From positions 1 to 64,000 of the forward strand of contig CAVZQN010000005.1 of the NCBI GenBank assembly GCA_963777505.1: 64,000 nucleotides of DNA. The letters are read 5' to 3'. Origin of the DNA: an uncultured bacterium. GTDB taxonomy: Bacteria; Acidobacteriota; HRBIN11; JAKEFK01. The position numbers were made by a program, and so were the translations under genes. Shown piece after piece: positions 60,123 to 64,000 of this stretch (its first letter is position 1; each line of letters opens with the position of its first letter). Under the pieces are notes generated by a model. It did not search any database. It was not told the DNA's origin and worked only from the letters and a program-made list of their open reading frames with translations.

Positions 60123-61376
60123 ATGATGAGCTTTCGCCATGTTGTATTGATTTCGTTTGCAATCGTTGGCTGGATCGTTCCAATCTGCGCTGAAACCAAC
60201 CTCGTTCTTTCAGGTGGCACGATTTACACGAGCCCGATGGAAGACCCAATCGCGAATGGAGTTGTTGTCATTCGTGATGGAAAGATTACTGCAGTCGCAA
60301 AAACAGAATCGATTCGGATTCCCAAAGACACCACAATCCTGGATTGTACCGGCCTTACAGTTGTTGCGGGGTTTTGGAACAGCCATGTTCATTTTAGTGA
60401 ACGAAGATGGTCAGCTGCTGAGAGTATTCCAGCACCTGAACTTACCCGGCAGCTTCAAGATATGCTAACGCGATATGGATTCACCAGTGTTTTTGATTTG
60501 AGTTCGCCGTGGGAAAACACTCGCAAGATCCGTGATCGTATAGAGTCCGGCGAAATCGCGGGTCCGCGAATTCGCTCCACTGGAGAAGCGTTGCTTAACA
60601 AAGGTTGGATGCCACCTGATCAGACGATGAAGGCTCTTGGTTTGATGCAAGTTCAAATGTATGAAGTGACGAATGCGGCCGAAGCGCTCACAGCGTCGAA
60701 GAAATTGTTGGATGCCGGCACAGATGGTCTAAAGTTATTTGCTGCTGCTTCATTTCCGCCTTTTGCTGTTCTTCCGGATGAAGTGATTAAGGCCGCAGTC
60801 AACGAAGCGCATCGCAGAAACAAGCCAGTGTTCGCACATCCTACGAGTCTCGATGGATTGCTGGCCGCTGTAAACGGGGGAGTGGACATCATTGCACACA
60901 CTACGCCTCAAGCAGGCGGTCCGTGGAATGAATCAGTCATAACAAAGATGTTGGAAGCAAAAGTTGCTCTCATTCCAACGTTGAAAGTCTGGCGGCACGT
61001 GCTGCGCCACGATCGTGTTTCGTTGAGTGATCAATGGGGAAAAACGACAACCGAACAATTGCGAGCCTGGCTTGCAGCCGATGGTCTGATTTTGTTTGGT
61101 AACGATGTTGGTGGCGCTGTTGATGATGATACTCAAGTCGATGAGTATCGGCTTCTGGCCGATGCCGGTATGACGTTTCAACAAATTCTGGCTTCGCTTA
61201 CAACCGCGCCTGCAGAAAAATTTGGAGATTCAGCCCAGCTTGGCCGCATCGCTCCTGGTTTTGCCGCAGATCTTGTCGTATTAAAGGGTGATCCATCACA
61301 GGATGTAGAAACATTTGGTAGTGTTATTTATACAATCAGAAACGGAAAAATAATTTACCAAGCAACGCGCCGCTGA
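60123..61376 (+). CDS. Secreted amidohydrolase family protein
   Basis: Signal peptide; GFWNSHVH, FAH, IAH, FGND, IAPGFAADLV. Confidence 0.92.
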   Translation: MMSFRHVVLISFAIVGWIVPICAETNLVLSGGTIYTSPMEDPIANGVVVIRDGKITAVAKTESIRIPKDTTILDCTGLTVVAGFWNSHVHFSERRWSAAESIPAPELTRQLQDMLTRYGFTSVFDLSSPWENTRKIRDRIESGEIAGPRIRSTGEALLNKGWMPPDQTMKALGLMQVQMYEVTNAAEALTASKKLLDAGTDGLKLFAAASFPPFAVLPDEVIKAAVNEAHRRNKPVFAHPTSLDGLLAAVNGGVDIIAHTTPQAGGPWNESVITKMLEAKVALIPTLKVWRHVLRHDRVSLSDQWGKTTTEQLRAWLAADGLILFGNDVGGAVDDDTQVDEYRLLADAGMTFQQILASLTTAPAEKFGDSAQLGRIAPGFAADLVVLKGDPSQDVETFGSVIYTIRNGKIIYQATRR

Positions 61377-61403
61377 AGAGGATCTTGATGTCGAAAATCA
61401 ATG

Positions 61404-61491
61404 AAGATTTACCACGGAGTCACGGAGAACACGGAGTTAATTCAGAAATTAATAAGCTCTCCGTGCCCTCCGTGACTCCGTGGTGAATCTT
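61404..61491. repeat. Long REP-like hairpin with 9-nt CACGGAG units
   Basis: AAGATTTACCACGGAGTCACGGAGAACACGGAG...CTCCGTGCCCTCCGTGACTCCGTGGTGAATCTT between convergent genes. Confidence 0.8.
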
Positions 61492-61577
61492 GGATTCCAC
61501 TTCGGAAAATCTTCTTCATATTTGCCGAATTCTGCTGGTGAGCGATTTACGCGAAGGAACCTGGTATTAGATAATAC

Positions 61578-62282
61578 TTAATCACGACTCCACGGTTTTC
61601 TGAAAGTCATCATGTTGGTAAATGAGCGGGTCGGATTCAGGAAAATCGCCAGAACATTACCCCAGTTAGGATGGTTAACATAAACGCGATCGATGACATG
61701 GTGTCGAAGCGCATCCTCACCGACAGACCATGCAATTCCCAGGGTTGGTGTGATAACCAAGTCACCCCATCCTTGCTTTATGTTTCCCAGCGAACTTTCA
61801 GAAATTGGACCGATCTCAAATAGAAGAGTATCTACAACTGCAAATCCAAATTGTCTCTTCTTTGCGCGGAAATATCCTTCATTCCAACCGAATTTGGCTT
61901 TTCTTGAAATCGGATCATTCAACCTGAAGATATTTGCAGCTCCCGATCCCTGCATTGGATGTGCAATGTAGTTGGTAAAGAATTTGCCGCCATCATCAAA
62001 ACGGGGCTTATTAAAAAGAAAGTTGACAGAATCGAACCAATCCTCTACAAATGGGCCGCTTAGCTGGTCGCGAGTTTTCTCTTCCGTTAATCGAAAGCCC
62101 TGTCGCAAACCAATAAACATCATGTGATCTGCAAACAGCTTGCTGTAATCTATCTTGTCACTAACAAGTTGGTCGGCGGTAATACTGAGATCGGATTGAG
62201 ATAACTCCGAATCTTCAGACCAAATGTTTGATGCACATATCGATAGACACACCACCATTATCAAAAGTTTCTTCTGTTTCAT
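61578..62282 (-). CDS. Exported or membrane hypothetical protein (DUF3943-like)
   Basis: Signal peptide; DGGKFFTNYIAHPMQG, FEIGPISES, DLVITP. Confidence 0.75.
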   Translation of the reverse strand: MKQKKLLIMVVCLSICASNIWSEDSELSQSDLSITADQLVSDKIDYSKLFADHMMFIGLRQGFRLTEEKTRDQLSGPFVEDWFDSVNFLFNKPRFDDGGKFFTNYIAHPMQGSGAANIFRLNDPISRKAKFGWNEGYFRAKKRQFGFAVVDTLLFEIGPISESSLGNIKQGWGDLVITPTLGIAWSVGEDALRHHVIDRVYVNHPNWGNVLAIFLNPTRSFTNMMTFRKPWSRD

Positions 62283-62521
62283 TACACACCCCCAAAGCGT
62301 TATGAAAGTGAGACAAGGCGAGATATTTTCGTTAAGCAAGTCATCTCAGATTCGCACTAATGCAACTACAATTCAACTAACCTCTACTGAAAAGGCAGAC
62401 CTCACCTCTATATGATTATTGCTCAACTCGGGGAGTGGAAGCGATCAGTATTATTCCCAGGGGAACAATCCTGAGGCTTTTCAGGTCCTTTAAGATAGGG
62501 TATTTTTGATTTTTTAGACGG

Positions 62522-62992
62522 TTATCCTTCGTAGGCACGTCTTAAAGTTTTGATGTCGAGTTTAGTCATTTTGAGGAGCGCATCCATGACTCTTTTCGAC
62601 CTCTCGGTATCCTTGCTTGTCATCATTTCATCCAGGCCTGATGGGACAATCTGCCATGATAGGCCATATTTATCTTTCACCCAGCCACAAGGCTGTTTTT
62701 CTCCGCCTTCAGAAAGTTGCTCCCACAGTTTGTCGATTTCTTCCTGTGTCTCGCAATTGACTAGAAGCGAAAAGCCTTCGTTGAACTTAAAATGTGGACC
62801 ACCATCCATTGCCATAAATTCGCGTCCATCGAGTTGGAATGTTGCATTGAGTAAGGATCCCTTCGGAAGCGGTCCACCGTCTCCCCAATGTACGATGTTT
62901 ACAACCTTTGAATTTGGAAAAAGCGAAACATAGAAATTAACTGCTTCTTCTGCGCGATCCTTAAACGTTAAGAATGTTGTAACCTTTTGCAT
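62522..62992 (-). CDS. VOC family PhnB / 3-demethylubiquinone-methyltransferase-like protein
   Basis: QKVTTFL, AEEAVNFY, CETQEEID, CGWVKDKYGLSWQ. Confidence 0.93.
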   Translation of the reverse strand: MQKVTTFLTFKDRAEEAVNFYVSLFPNSKVVNIVHWGDGGPLPKGSLLNATFQLDGREFMAMDGGPHFKFNEGFSLLVNCETQEEIDKLWEQLSEGGEKQPCGWVKDKYGLSWQIVPSGLDEMMTSKDTERSKRVMDALLKMTKLDIKTLRRAYEG

Positions 62993-63020
62993 AGAGTACT
63001 CCTTAATATCGTTCATCCTA

Positions 63021-63049
63021 TAGTCGCTCGGAATGCCATCAAATCGACA
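63021..63049 (-). promoter_or_regulatory. ECF42-type promoter
   Basis: TGTCGA-TTTGATGGCATTCCGAG-CGACTA. Confidence 0.75.
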
Positions 63050-63113
63050 AAATCTTTGACCACCAATACCAATATTTGGTGATTCATGCACTCTTCTTCA
63101 ATAGAGGTGAGTT

Positions 63114-63437
63114 ATGCCGATCAGACCTATAGGTACACCGACGTCTATCAATACAAACATTGAAACCAATGAACCATCAACAAAGGCAGTATCAAAAGGA
63201 GTTGGCGATATTCCAGATTCCTTTGAACAGCTTCAAGGAACGGTTTCACAACCCATCATTGGAATGATGATTGGAAACGCTGTTGGGGAGGGGTCAAATA
63301 ATGGAGATGAAGCGCCGGTCAAGTCACAGAGTGCGAATGAACAGGCAATGGAGGGAGCAAAGAAACAAAAGGAACTGATTGAGGATCAGAAAGAGCCGCG
63401 ACGCCAAACGTATTCTTTAAAACGCGATCCTGATTAA
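63114..63437 (+). CDS. Small disordered orphan protein with export-like N-terminus
   Basis: GAGGTG RBS; MPIRPIGTPTS...KGVGDIPDSFE; resembles segments of the 6717 protein. Confidence 0.7.
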   Translation: MPIRPIGTPTSINTNIETNEPSTKAVSKGVGDIPDSFEQLQGTVSQPIIGMMIGNAVGEGSNNGDEAPVKSQSANEQAMEGAKKQKELIEDQKEPRRQTYSLKRDPD

Positions 63438-63493
63438 CCTGGCTAGAACGATGTTTTCTCCACGACTTCAATGTGGGAATGTACAATCAGAAG

Positions 63494-64000
63494 ATGGTGG
63501 ATTCGGCCAGTGACGCAGTTCTTCTTGAATTGTTGAAAGCAGGGATGAAGAGAGAGAATCTTGCCTTTCAAAATTAATCTCCACTCATGCCGAACCCGTA
63601 ATAAAAAAAATTGTCTACTATCGTTTAAATGTTTCATCCGATTATTCCAACACGAACGAATCATGGGATGCGGCAGATGTTTGTGGCAATGCTCTAACCC
63701 AGGTGTTGTCTCAGGTATCCAAATTCAGTGAGAATCCAGAAAAATATCCGATCAGAGATTTTCGTGCTTACACCGCAGTCGTTGCCCATCATGCATGCAA
63801 TCAATATTTTCGACAAAAATTTCCCAAACGAACTCAGCTCAGCAATAGACTGAGATATTTAATGAACCATAAAGACCAATTTGCTTCATGGACAATCGAT
63901 GACAGGCTTGTTTGCGGTTTCCAACGCTATCGAGAAAGCTCCCCCATTGCTCTTACACAAGAAACAATCAATACAAACAAATTAGGCCTGAATACAACGG
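63494..64000 (+). CDS. Divergent sigma70/ECF-like factor, N-terminal part; frameshift near 63543, runs off the right edge
   Basis: MVDSASDAVLLELLKA| DEERESCLSKLISTHAEPVIKKIV...DAADV...IRDFRAYTAVVAHHACNQYFRQK resembles sigma region 2; frame open from 63529 to the window end. Confidence 0.6.

Noticed and set aside
1-64000. Core secretion apparatus genes (T3SS, flagellar, T6SS, Tad), CRISPR arrays, tRNA/rRNA, transposases, integrases
   Set aside because: None recognisable in this window. The export-system hypothesis rests on substrates, chaperones and regulatory motifs only.

Overview
Bacterial genomic window, roughly 45% GC by eye. The gene content resembles kinase-rich soil lineages such as Acidobacteriota (inference only). 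I found no rRNA, tRNA, CRISPR array or transposase. Ordinary genes include an RND efflux operon with TetR, REC-TrxB plus a cNMP histidine kinase, an M28 peptidase, Fpg/Nei, AlkC-like, AraC/SDR, VOC/RibD/SnoaL and HEAT-repeat proteins. Signalling is dense: five Hanks-type Ser/Thr kinases, a PP2C phosphatase, an FHA-GAF sigma54 activator, a STAS protein and a sigma-like gene at the right edge. The main unexplained structure is a dispersed set of signal-peptide-less orphan proteins. Seven share a disordered ~50 aa leader followed by a motif at nearly the same position, [ED]-x2-hydrophobic-x-small-x2-[RKQ]-x3-L-x3-hydrophobic, with the acidic residue at aa 51-62. Their cargoes include peptidoglycan-binding domains, a lytic transglycosylase, a DUF218 domain and a hydrolase-like domain. 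Two SycD/LcrH-like TPR chaperone genes are also present. A 25-bp promoter-like motif (CGTTC-N15-CGTCT) occurs upstream of five genes. Two sigma54 promoters share a tandem enhancer-like site and flank the FHA activator. Together this suggests a kinase-controlled, T3SS-like export system with cell-wall-targeting substrates, but the apparatus genes are not in this window. About nine single-base frameshifts, mostly in homopolymers, split genes and are probably assembly errors.
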